The notes beneath the pieces are model-generated. The model did not search any database, was not told where the DNA came from, and saw nothing but the letters and a program-made list of their open reading frames with translations. Shown piece by piece: positions 1 to 8,031 of a stretch of DNA of 24,325 nt (position 1 is its first letter; each line of letters begins with the position of its first letter). The translations under genes and the position numbers were made by a program. The stretch is from Candidatus Bathyarchaeota archaeon (GTDB taxonomy: Archaea > Thermoproteota > Bathyarchaeia > Bathyarchaeales > DTEX01): assembly GCA_026414245.1 (NCBI GenBank), contig JAOAJJ010000002.1, forward strand, positions 1-24,325. The letters are read 5' to 3'.

Positions 1-210
1 CCCTAATAAATAAGGAGCGAGAGCTTAGCACCTAAAAGGTCGCTGGGGAAAGGGGGCGGAAAATGAAAATTTGCATCCCCTCGATTTTAAGTTAGGATAA
101 CTCGATTCTTATTAATGGGGAGAAACTGGGAAAACTTAGTCGCTTAATATTAAGCACTCACTATCTCTGGGAGAATGATATTCGCTATTATGTATTTAAA
201 GTGCCTGTGA

Positions 211-609
211 AGTTTCTACAAGGATTTATTACTGTTAAGAAATATTATAAGGAAAAATATGTTTACTGCAGGAGAAAGGGCTGAGAGAACACCATGGATT
301 TTAGTGCTGCTTATTGCCATATTCTCGCCAATTATACCAGTTTTCTGGTAGAGTTTAGAGACACGAAACATGAGTAAACTTCACTTCAGGCCCTTCACAA
401 GCAAGCTTTAATTTCTACATTAGCTCATATATTGTTGCCATAGTGTTAGTTGGCTCGCTAATCTCTGCAAAAATTTGACCAAAATAGGAAGAGAAAAGTT
501 TAGCTTAATAAAAGGCAATTTAGTTTTAGGTTTTACAATTGGCACAGGATTTATTGACCTACTTCGCAGCTGCTTGATTCTCTTGGGCAAATCTATATGG
601 CTTTTCTAA
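211..609 (+). pseudogene. Possible decayed MFS/GPH-type membrane transporter gene (fragments in alternating frames)
   Basis: Hydrophobic segments in successive frames: 211-348 (...RTPWILVLLIAIFSPIIPVFW*), 374-475 (...FYISSYIVAIVLVGSLISAKI*), 475-606 (LTKIGREKFSLIKGNLVLGFTIGTG...*). The junction GSLISAK-(I/L)TKIGREK resembles the MFS cytoplasmic loop motif. No intact ORF; no database search run. Confidence 0.25.
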
Positions 610-705
610 CCGGCTGTAAAATTGCTATTTTATTTAACTTAGACTTCAGCAAGATGGGTTCCGATCCTGTAAACAGAGATTAATATTTTCATACTTGTGC
701 GACCG

Positions 706-721
706 ATTTAAGGCTTAAATA
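706..721 (+). promoter_or_regulatory. Candidate TATA box (CTTAAATA) of the glycosidase-like gene, overlapped by a perfect 7-1-7 palindrome ATTTAAG-G-CTTAAAT
   Basis: Read from sequence about 33-40 nt upstream of ATG 754. Confidence 0.35.
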
Positions 722-753
722 TTAATGGTGTTAATAACGAGTACAAGATTAGA

Positions 754-3700
754 ATGTTAGCGAATAGGTTCTCATTTTATCCCGCAATAGGCGCTTACAT
801 TAATGCTGCGAAATATGGTAGGTTATGGTCCGATGCTAGGGAAGTTGGGGTCTCATGGGATGATCCTAGAGATGTCTGCGCAGTGATTATGCGATTTGAG
901 CATACGCCAATTGATTTAAGCAAAGAGGATTTAAAAGTGCAGTATTGGCAGAGCAGTTGGCCTAAGTTTAGGTTTGATCAAGCAGGCGCCGGTTTTTCAG
1001 GATGGCTTCCTATAGACGATCTTTACAATGGGCAGTGGAAGGATGCTGAATTTGACTTAAACATAGAAGGGGATGCGCTGCTTTTTACATTTAAGCCTAT
1101 AACCAGCGAGTTCCCGGAACTTACCGATTATGATGTGAAGTTCCGTAGAACATTAAAGGTTAGGGTTCTCTCCTCTAAAAATTTATCTGGAATCAAGAGT
1201 TTCGAAGTTTATACCGACTCCACCTGGAGACTGATGGAGGTCTCTATTGAATGGGGATGCGGGAAGGATGAAAAAAGGGTTTGGGATGGATTCATTGATG
1301 TCTTTAATGGGGAGATAAAGGATTTAAAACCACTTAACCCTAATAGTAAGGTAAAAATTCTGCCTAATAATTCTTGGTCCTCAAAGATTGAGAATGATGA
1401 AACCGATGGAATTAGGGCGGAAATATTTTACGCTTACAGTGAAAAACCGAAAAGTTTTGACGAAACTATTGTCACTATTAGATCCGCCACCTTCAGCTTC
1501 TCCTTCTCTATGAAAGATCTTGAGAGGGAAAGGGCTATTCTGATAAAAGATTATGATGTTTTAATTTCAAAATCCTCCGAAAACCTTAATCTTAAAACCT
1601 ATAGTAGCATGCTAAGTGAGAAAGGATTAGCAACTATATATGATATGATCGATAAAATGCCTGAACAAAGTCTTGAAAGAGCTTGGAAGGAAATGCCCAC
1701 CAAGAAAAGGAGCATTCATTTTATTTTAGGGTGTAAGGGTCGAAGGCAGAAGATTGGTGTCGATACGAGAGGCACGGTCTTCATACCGAAGCTTTGGAAT
1801 ATAAGGGTGAAAGGAAAATGCTCAGATAGATTCCTATGGGATGGGGGCACCATCGCCTATGGATTTGGTTTCCCAGATAAGGAGCCGGAAGAAAGATATT
1901 TGGAAGGTGAATACTTACCGATAGTGCATGCTAAGTGGGTTGAAGATGGTATAGTTTTTGAGCAAGAAGCCTTCGCAACATTGTTGTTAAAAAATCCGCT
2001 TGATGATCTTAAAGGTGAGGAGATGATAGATGGCGATGACCCAGTTGTGTGCATGATGAAAATAACACTTTTCTCCCAGAGTCTTTCTCCGAAAAACATC
2101 TGCCTTAAATTATCGTCGCTATGTAAAGAGAATTGGCGTGATGCTAAGGGTGTAGAAGAGCAGCTTAAATGCGAGAATGGACTCATTTATGCACTATATC
2201 AAAGTCATCCGATTAAAAGACTTAGATATGTTCTGGACGTGGGTGGGCGAGGAGAGATTAAAGATTCAGACGGCTCCCTTATATACGCTTTGAACCTTAA
2301 TCCCGGCGAAAAACATACAGTGTATGTCAAGATCCCCGCAATAACCCCGCTTGAAAACTTTGAGGTAGAGAGACTTAAAAGTTTAGATTTTGAGTTAGAG
2401 AAGAAAAGAGTGATTCAATACTGGAAGAGCTTGCTCAGTCAAGGAATGCTGATTAATGTTCCGGAAAAATGGCTAAATAATTTTTACAAGGCTTTTCTAA
2501 GCCATGTGCATATAACTGATGATAAAGAACCCGGGTCGGAGAGGTATATGTGTAGGGTCAGCTCATTTAATTACGGGGTTTTCGCCAATGAAAGTGCTAT
2601 GGTTATAAGCGAACTTGATCGGAGAGGGCTCTACGATGAAGCGGAACGTAGGTTGGATGTCTTCATACGTTATCAGGGAACAGCGGTCATGGCTGGCAAA
2701 TACTCCACCGCTAAGGGGGTATTCTTCGGAGCCGGAGGCTATGAATGTGGAGACTATGGTCAACATCACGGGTGGGTTTTATGGGCCTTCGCAGAGCACT
2801 ACAAACATACCCGTGATGAAGAGTGGCTTAAAAAGGTTGCACCAAACCTTGTAGAGGCATGCAACTGGATAATTGAGGAACGAAAGGCAACGATGAGGAC
2901 GATTAATGGTAAAAAAGTTGTTGAGTATGGTTTTCTACCCCCAGGCTCCCTAGAAGATGTTAAGGAATTCTGGCATTGGATTTCGACAAACGCTCACGCC
3001 TATAGGGGGCTTAAATCTGTAGCAGAGGTCTTGAGCGAGATAAATCATCCTGAGGCTGAAAGATTGATTAGGGAGGCTGAGGCGTATAGGGAAGATCTGC
3101 TTGCAGGTATTACTGAAGCCATGGTTAGAAGCCCTGTAGTTAAGCTTAGAGACGGAACATGGGTGCCACATATTCCTTCAAGGGTTGATAGACGTGGTCG
3201 AGATATCGGATGGATACGTGAAACTCTAGAGGGCGCTATGCATCTAATTTTATGCGGTTTGATAGATCCACACTCAAAAACAGCTGAATGGATAATGAAG
3301 GATTATGAAGATAACCTTTATATTTCTGAGGAATATGGGTACAGCGTACCTTCTCCAGACTTTGACAGATACTGGTTTAGTAGAGGGGGTTTCTCCATGC
3401 AGCCGAACCTTTACGGCTTTCAGATACCGTACTTATTGAGGGGGAAGAATAAGCATTTCTTACGGGCATTCTTTAACGCTTTTGCGGTGGCATTCTACCC
3501 AGACGTGTACATGTTAACAGAGCACCCGTTACCAACGATGGCGGACTGGGCTGGGGATCATTTCAAGACCTCGGATGAATCCATAGCGTGCTATTGTCTA
3601 AGACTTATGCTGATCCATGAGAAAGGCAGCACGCTGACCTTAATGCCAGCGGTTCCATCCAAATGGCTTGAGAACGGTAAACACATATATGTGGAAAACG

Positions 3701-3951
3701 CAAGCACATATTTTGGAACGTTATCTTTCACCGTTGAATCGCGGGTCGCTGAGGGCTTCATTAAAGTGTATTTAAAGCCGCCGACAAGGAATCCACCTAA
3801 ATATATAGAAATATATGTTAAACATCCAAGCGGTCTCAAAATAAGGGATGTGAAGGTAGACGGAAAGGAGTGGCCTAATTACGATTCGGAAACCAGCTTA
3901 ATACTGCTTGGGGGTATCACGAAACCGGTGGAGATAAATGTTTACTACTGA
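754..3951 (+). CDS. Large six-hairpin (alpha/alpha)6 glycosidase-superfamily protein, family unassigned, probably cytoplasmic
   Basis: 1065-aa ORF. The C-terminal half has a helical-barrel pattern typical of GH15/63/78/116-like enzymes (GWVLWAFAEHYKHTRDEEWLKKVAPNLVEACNWIIEER; NAHAYRGLKSVAEVL...AERLIREAEAYREDL) and a C-terminal beta module (LTLMPAVPSKWL...VENASTYFGTLSF). No signal peptide is apparent. Confidence 0.7.
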   Translation: MLANRFSFYPAIGAYINAAKYGRLWSDAREVGVSWDDPRDVCAVIMRFEHTPIDLSKEDLKVQYWQSSWPKFRFDQAGAGFSGWLPIDDLYNGQWKDAEFDLNIEGDALLFTFKPITSEFPELTDYDVKFRRTLKVRVLSSKNLSGIKSFEVYTDSTWRLMEVSIEWGCGKDEKRVWDGFIDVFNGEIKDLKPLNPNSKVKILPNNSWSSKIENDETDGIRAEIFYAYSEKPKSFDETIVTIRSATFSFSFSMKDLERERAILIKDYDVLISKSSENLNLKTYSSMLSEKGLATIYDMIDKMPEQSLERAWKEMPTKKRSIHFILGCKGRRQKIGVDTRGTVFIPKLWNIRVKGKCSDRFLWDGGTIAYGFGFPDKEPEERYLEGEYLPIVHAKWVEDGIVFEQEAFATLLLKNPLDDLKGEEMIDGDDPVVCMMKITLFSQSLSPKNICLKLSSLCKENWRDAKGVEEQLKCENGLIYALYQSHPIKRLRYVLDVGGRGEIKDSDGSLIYALNLNPGEKHTVYVKIPAITPLENFEVERLKSLDFELEKKRVIQYWKSLLSQGMLINVPEKWLNNFYKAFLSHVHITDDKEPGSERYMCRVSSFNYGVFANESAMVISELDRRGLYDEAERRLDVFIRYQGTAVMAGKYSTAKGVFFGAGGYECGDYGQHHGWVLWAFAEHYKHTRDEEWLKKVAPNLVEACNWIIEERKATMRTINGKKVVEYGFLPPGSLEDVKEFWHWISTNAHAYRGLKSVAEVLSEINHPEAERLIREAEAYREDLLAGITEAMVRSPVVKLRDGTWVPHIPSRVDRRGRDIGWIRETLEGAMHLILCGLIDPHSKTAEWIMKDYEDNLYISEEYGYSVPSPDFDRYWFSRGGFSMQPNLYGFQIPYLLRGKNKHFLRAFFNAFAVAFYPDVYMLTEHPLPTMADWAGDHFKTSDESIACYCLRLMLIHEKGSTLTLMPAVPSKWLENGKHIYVENASTYFGTLSFTVESRVAEGFIKVYLKPPTRNPPKYIEIYVKHPSGLKIRDVKVDGKEWPNYDSETSLILLGGITKPVEINVYY

Positions 3952-4005
3952 CCGATGCTGGACGCTGTTCGTTCTGTTGAATAGGTGTAGGCTAAAGACA
4001 CCTTT

Positions 4006-4857
4006 CTAAAATTGTGAGAGAAAACTCGATATTAGAGACCTGTTGAATTTTCGCTTTACTTTTTCTACGGGTTCTCCGATAATCTTTATGTTTTCTAGGC
4101 GGCATGTTCCAAGCCCCTTCTTCTCGGCTAAAACTAGGTGCTTAATCTCTGTTGGCGAAAAACCCATAACTGCGGCGCCTATAGCGTCAACTGCAACTGG
4201 ATCTGTGCCAGCTATAATTAGGTTCATTTTCACGGGGTTTCCGCTAACCTCATGCCCCTCCCCAGCCACGATTCCATCAATAACCGTTAAGCTAGGCTTC
4301 AATACTGAGGCTAAATCCACAATATTTTCGTTTAATCTGCCGTTATGCATGCTGCCCTTGGAAGCTAAGGCACCCATCATATTCTTTAACCCCAGGGTGA
4401 CGGTTGTTAATCTATGAACCTTAAGCTTCGGAACACTTATTATGGTGCTTTCCAGAGCTGTCTTTGCAACTTTAACTTTCCTAAGTGCTAGGGGGTTAGG
4501 TGGATAAACCTCGACGAAAGAATCCCTATTTAAATCCATTAACCTCACGTTCCATTTCTCGCTTACTTTATCTAGTTCCGCAATCCTGAAGGCTTCAAAT
4601 GTGTTGGTTAAGCCGCTTCCCTCACCGATAACAATGTTGTCTATCCCATGCTCCTTAAGAAATCTTATAATCCCTTCAATAACCCTGCCGTCGGTAGTAA
4701 CCCCAGTCGATGGATGATGAGCAGTAATATAGTTAGGTTTTATTAAAATCTGCCTTTCTTCCGATATAAAATCTAAGTCACCCTTTATAGCTTTAAGCGC
4801 CTCAGAAGTGACTTCTATTGGATCTGCCCCTCTAAATATGGCGACAACACTTACCAT
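4006..4857 (-). CDS. DUF362 domain-containing protein
   Basis: Motifs ILIKPN, IGEGSG, VPKLKVH...TLGLKNMMG, K..MH, VIDG, DPVAVDA. No C-terminal ferredoxin domain. RBS-like GAGTGA upstream on the minus strand. Confidence 0.85.
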   Translation of the reverse strand: MVSVVAIFRGADPIEVTSEALKAIKGDLDFISEERQILIKPNYITAHHPSTGVTTDGRVIEGIIRFLKEHGIDNIVIGEGSGLTNTFEAFRIAELDKVSEKWNVRLMDLNRDSFVEVYPPNPLALRKVKVAKTALESTIISVPKLKVHRLTTVTLGLKNMMGALASKGSMHNGRLNENIVDLASVLKPSLTVIDGIVAGEGHEVSGNPVKMNLIIAGTDPVAVDAIGAAVMGFSPTEIKHLVLAEKKGLGTCRLENIKIIGEPVEKVKRKFNRSLISSFLSQF

Positions 4858-5332
4858 GAACTATCACTCACTATAAGAACTAATGCGAAAATAAATTTAA
4901 AGGTAGAGTGTCTGCGCATGAAAGGCATATAGATAATTTTACGATCCGCCTCTCTCAGAAACATTTTTCCATAATTATCTCACTTTAAATCCTTCAGGGC
5001 AAATTCTTTAAAATGATCGCTTTCCATAACCCCTGACTTAAATATATTTGGGAAGAATGGAAAGATTTTCATACTCATTCATAAACGTAATTTTCTGGTA
5101 ATTGCATGGAATCGTAGATTACGCCGCTCTAGACTACTAGAGGTATAACTGAGATGGGGAAGATTTTTGCGTTAGCATCGCAGGGGATTTCCAGTTATCC
5201 CTTATGCAAGCTGGACCGAGCTAACCTGGGAGCTCACTTTTGCATCCACGAGATGTTTGCCTCGTAAAGATATATCGTAAAATATTGTTTATCGGCAAGC
5301 TTTAACGGCAGCTAATAGATGGGCGCTTCATT

Positions 5333-6361
5333 TTAAATTTCAATTTGAACTTTAATCGGATCCCCAATTTTATTCATATGAACATTAAAGCCCTCCACTA
5401 TCCTTTCAAGCGGGAATACGTGTGTAACCAAAGATTTTACATCAACCATCCCAGATGAAACAATCTTGATGGCGGTTGGAAAAACATTCGCGTATCTATG
5501 TACGCCTCTTATATCAAGTTCCTTCATCAGAATTTTATCAACTGCCAGTGGGACCTCAACTAGCGGATAACCCACAAGCACTATTCGCCCTCCAGGTTTA
5601 ACCACATCCAGCGCTTGCTGGAGAGCTCTAGGTGAGCCTGAAGCTTCAATAACAACATCAACCCCCCTGTTATTAGTGAGATCCATGATCTGCTCAACAA
5701 TATTCTCCCTTGAAGCGTTTATTACGGATTTAGCGCCCATCTTTAGGGCACGGTTAAGCCTATAATCAACAATATCTATGGAAAAGACGTCGATTACGCC
5801 GTGAGATTTAGCTGCCTGTAAAGCTAACAACCCTATTGGCCCGGCGCCGAATATGGCAACGCTATCGTAGACGGAAACACCGCCTCTTTTTGCCGCCATA
5901 AGCCCGACTGCCAATGGCTCTATCATTGCCCCCTCCTCATAGGTCATGTTTTTAGGCATGGAATAAACGTTCTCGGCTGGGGCTGAAACATATTCTGCGA
6001 ATGCGCCATTATATGGTGGAGCTCCATAAAAGCGAACGCTTGGACATAGATTGTAGCGTCCAGACCTGCAATATTCACATACGCCGCATGTAAATCCCGG
6101 CTCTACCACAACTCTTTCGCCAACACTAATATTCTTAACATCTTTACCAACCTCCACAGCCTCGCCTGAACATTCATGACCCAATATGAGCGGCCGATCC
6201 ACGATGAATGATCCTATTCTCCCATGGCAATAAAAGTGTACATCGGATCCGCATACTCCAACACGTTTTACCCTGACCAGAACTTCTCTGGCGCTAATCT
6301 GCGGGACGTCGACGTCCTCAATCCTCATATCAAACGGTTTATATAGGACTGCAGCTTTCAT
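5333..6361 (-). CDS. Zn-dependent NAD-linked polyol dehydrogenase (sorbitol/L-iditol 2-dehydrogenase-like, MDR family)
   Basis: GVCGSDVH, GHE, structural Zn motif CGVCEYCRSGRYNLC, EPLAVG, GAGPIG, Asp in the cofactor-binding loop, HRYAN. Start taken at ATG 6361 (MKAAVL) behind AGGAGA; an upstream in-frame ATG is at 6382. Confidence 0.9.
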   Translation of the reverse strand: MKAAVLYKPFDMRIEDVDVPQISAREVLVRVKRVGVCGSDVHFYCHGRIGSFIVDRPLILGHECSGEAVEVGKDVKNISVGERVVVEPGFTCGVCEYCRSGRYNLCPSVRFYGAPPYNGAFAEYVSAPAENVYSMPKNMTYEEGAMIEPLAVGLMAAKRGGVSVYDSVAIFGAGPIGLLALQAAKSHGVIDVFSIDIVDYRLNRALKMGAKSVINASRENIVEQIMDLTNNRGVDVVIEASGSPRALQQALDVVKPGGRIVLVGYPLVEVPLAVDKILMKELDIRGVHRYANVFPTAIKIVSSGMVDVKSLVTHVFPLERIVEGFNVHMNKIGDPIKVQIEI

Positions 6362-6430
6362 GGTATAGTCTCCTGAAGACATTTAACTTTAGAATTAATT
6401 TAATTCGTCTATTTAATGCTTGGTGAATTG

Positions 6431-6443
6431 AAGCTTTTAAATA
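6431..6443 (+). promoter_or_regulatory. BRE/TATA (AAGC-TTTTAAATA) of the PfkB kinase gene; spacing implies a leaderless mRNA
   Basis: TTTAAATA at 6436-6443, 20-23 nt before ATG 6463/6466. Confidence 0.55.
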
Positions 6444-6462
6444 CCTGCCTATTTATCTAAAA

Positions 6463-7431
6463 ATGATGAGTGTCCTAACTATAGGAGAAATATTAGTTGA
6501 GATTATGCGTGTGTCGAGAGACACCCCGTTAAGCGTTCCAGCAGAGTTTATAGGGCCTTACCCTAGTGGTGCTCCAGCAATATTTGCCGACGCTGTGGCT
6601 AAACTGGGTTTCCCCTCATCAATAATTGGGGCTGTTGGAGATGACGAGTTTGGTATGCTTGTTCTTAATAGGCTTAGAAGCGATGGTGTCGATGTTAGCC
6701 GCGTCAAGATTCTAGGGAATTATCTCACCGGTATAGCTTTCATATCGTATTTTTCAGACGGCTCTAGAAGATTTATATTTCATCTTAGGCAGTCGGCTTC
6801 TTCTAAGATCTCCGTGAAGGATATTGACGCTGACCATATAGCCAGGTTTAAGCATCTACATATTATGGGTTCAGCTCTTCTGATCGCTAGGTGTGTTCGT
6901 GAAGCATGCTACAAGGCTGTGGAAATAGCTCGCGGCATCGGGATAACGGTATCCTTTGACCCTAACATTAGGCTGGAGCTAATGCCTCTGGAAAAGGTGA
7001 GAAAGGTATGTGAGCCAATAATTGAGAAAGCAGATATAGTCCTACCGAACATCGAAGAGATAGAGGCTCTCACCAATAGCCGCGATTTAAACTCGGCTTG
7101 CGATAAGCTGCTGGATAAAGGGGTAGACATTATCGCGTTAAAGATGGGGAGCTCGGGATCAATGATATGTAAAGGGGGCTGGAAAAAGCACATACCGGCA
7201 TTTGAGGTGAAGGAAGTTGATCCTACCGGGGCTGGAGACATATATGACGCCGCCTTCATAGTAGGTCTACTCAGAGGCTGGGATATTGAAAAAGCCGGGT
7301 ATTACGCCAACGTAGCTGGCGCGCTGGCTGTGACGAAGTTTGGGCCGATGGAGGGCTGTCCAACCCATAACGAGGTGATGGATTTTATGAGGAGAACGAA
7401 TCCTGAGATCCTAAGAATCTTTGAGCACTAA
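6463..7431 (+). CDS. PfkB/ribokinase-family sugar kinase (ketohexose kinase-like)
   Basis: IGEILVE, SGAPAIFADAVAKLG, GDDEFG, FDPNIR, LPNIEE, KMGSSG, DPTGAGD (anion hole and catalytic Asp). Confidence 0.9.
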   Translation: MMSVLTIGEILVEIMRVSRDTPLSVPAEFIGPYPSGAPAIFADAVAKLGFPSSIIGAVGDDEFGMLVLNRLRSDGVDVSRVKILGNYLTGIAFISYFSDGSRRFIFHLRQSASSKISVKDIDADHIARFKHLHIMGSALLIARCVREACYKAVEIARGIGITVSFDPNIRLELMPLEKVRKVCEPIIEKADIVLPNIEEIEALTNSRDLNSACDKLLDKGVDIIALKMGSSGSMICKGGWKKHIPAFEVKEVDPTGAGDIYDAAFIVGLLRGWDIEKAGYYANVAGALAVTKFGPMEGCPTHNEVMDFMRRTNPEILRIFEH

Positions 7432-7527
7432 AACATTAGATTTCTGGGGATTGGGTGGAAGGGAGCCTATTAAAGAAAAACATTTAAATCCTCTCTCAGT
7501 AATGAGGAAGAGGAAAGTGAAGAGAAA

Positions 7528-8010
7528 ATGGAAAGATGGTTTGAAAAGTTAAAGGGTGAGAAAGTATTTATAGTGCAGGGTTTCACCTCATTATTACTCT
7601 TAGTGATCACAATCCTAGTATGCTCTCTGAGCAGAAGGCTCCCTGAAGAAAATGGCATCATATCAGCCACCATCTGCGCTTCAATAGTTATCTTCGTAAA
7701 TATTGCGTTAACGCTGGCTAAGGAGGGGGCTGAAGGGATCTTTTTCGCACTGGTAGGCTCATTTATGGCTGGGGTCGCCATTGTCGTAGCCGGTTCTAGG
7801 CTTGCATTTGACCCCAATATAAAAAGTTACTTTCTAGCTTCTCTAACTCTATCCGGAATTCTTTCAATCAGCAGCAACCTTTATCTTATCCCTGAGAAAT
7901 TTAAGTTTGCCGGAATTAAATTAAAGAACCTTATATTCTGGATCCTTATAATCCTGTTGGCAATTATGGTTAACTTCGCTATAATATATTGGGTTCCAAA
8001 AATAGTTTAA
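7528..8010 (+). CDS. Hypothetical integral membrane protein (about 5 TM helices)
   Basis: 160-aa ORF with about five hydrophobic segments; ends 21 nt before purP. Confidence 0.65.
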   Translation: MERWFEKLKGEKVFIVQGFTSLLLLVITILVCSLSRRLPEENGIISATICASIVIFVNIALTLAKEGAEGIFFALVGSFMAGVAIVVAGSRLAFDPNIKSYFLASLTLSGILSISSNLYLIPEKFKFAGIKLKNLIFWILIILLAIMVNFAIIYWVPKIV

Positions 8011-8031
8011 AATTGTTGGAGGCGCATTAAA

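Noticed and set aside
63-284. ATG-started frame with one internal TAG at 93-95 (MKICIPSILS*DNSIL...), suggesting amber readthrough or pyrrolysine
   Set aside because: Only 73 codons, no recognisable homology and no pyl genes in view. A decayed fragment or chance is more likely.
657-667. GGTTCCGATCC, resembling a tRNA T-loop
   Set aside because: No acceptor, D or anticodon stems can be built around it.
3983-4003. AGGTGT/ACACCT hairpin between the convergent glycosidase and DUF362 genes
   Set aside because: 6-bp stem with a 9-nt loop is too weak to call a terminator.
5149-5154. CTGAGA, the TPP riboswitch J2/3 motif
   Set aside because: The downstream ACC/GAACCTGA and P4/P5 elements are missing, and no thiamine gene lies downstream on that strand.
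7455-7530. Possible frameshifted N-terminal extension of the 160-aa membrane protein (GTG 7455, A5 run, then KTFKSSLSNEEEESEEK)
   Set aside because: A purine-rich leader explains it equally well, and there is no homology evidence. Read mapping or blastx would be needed.
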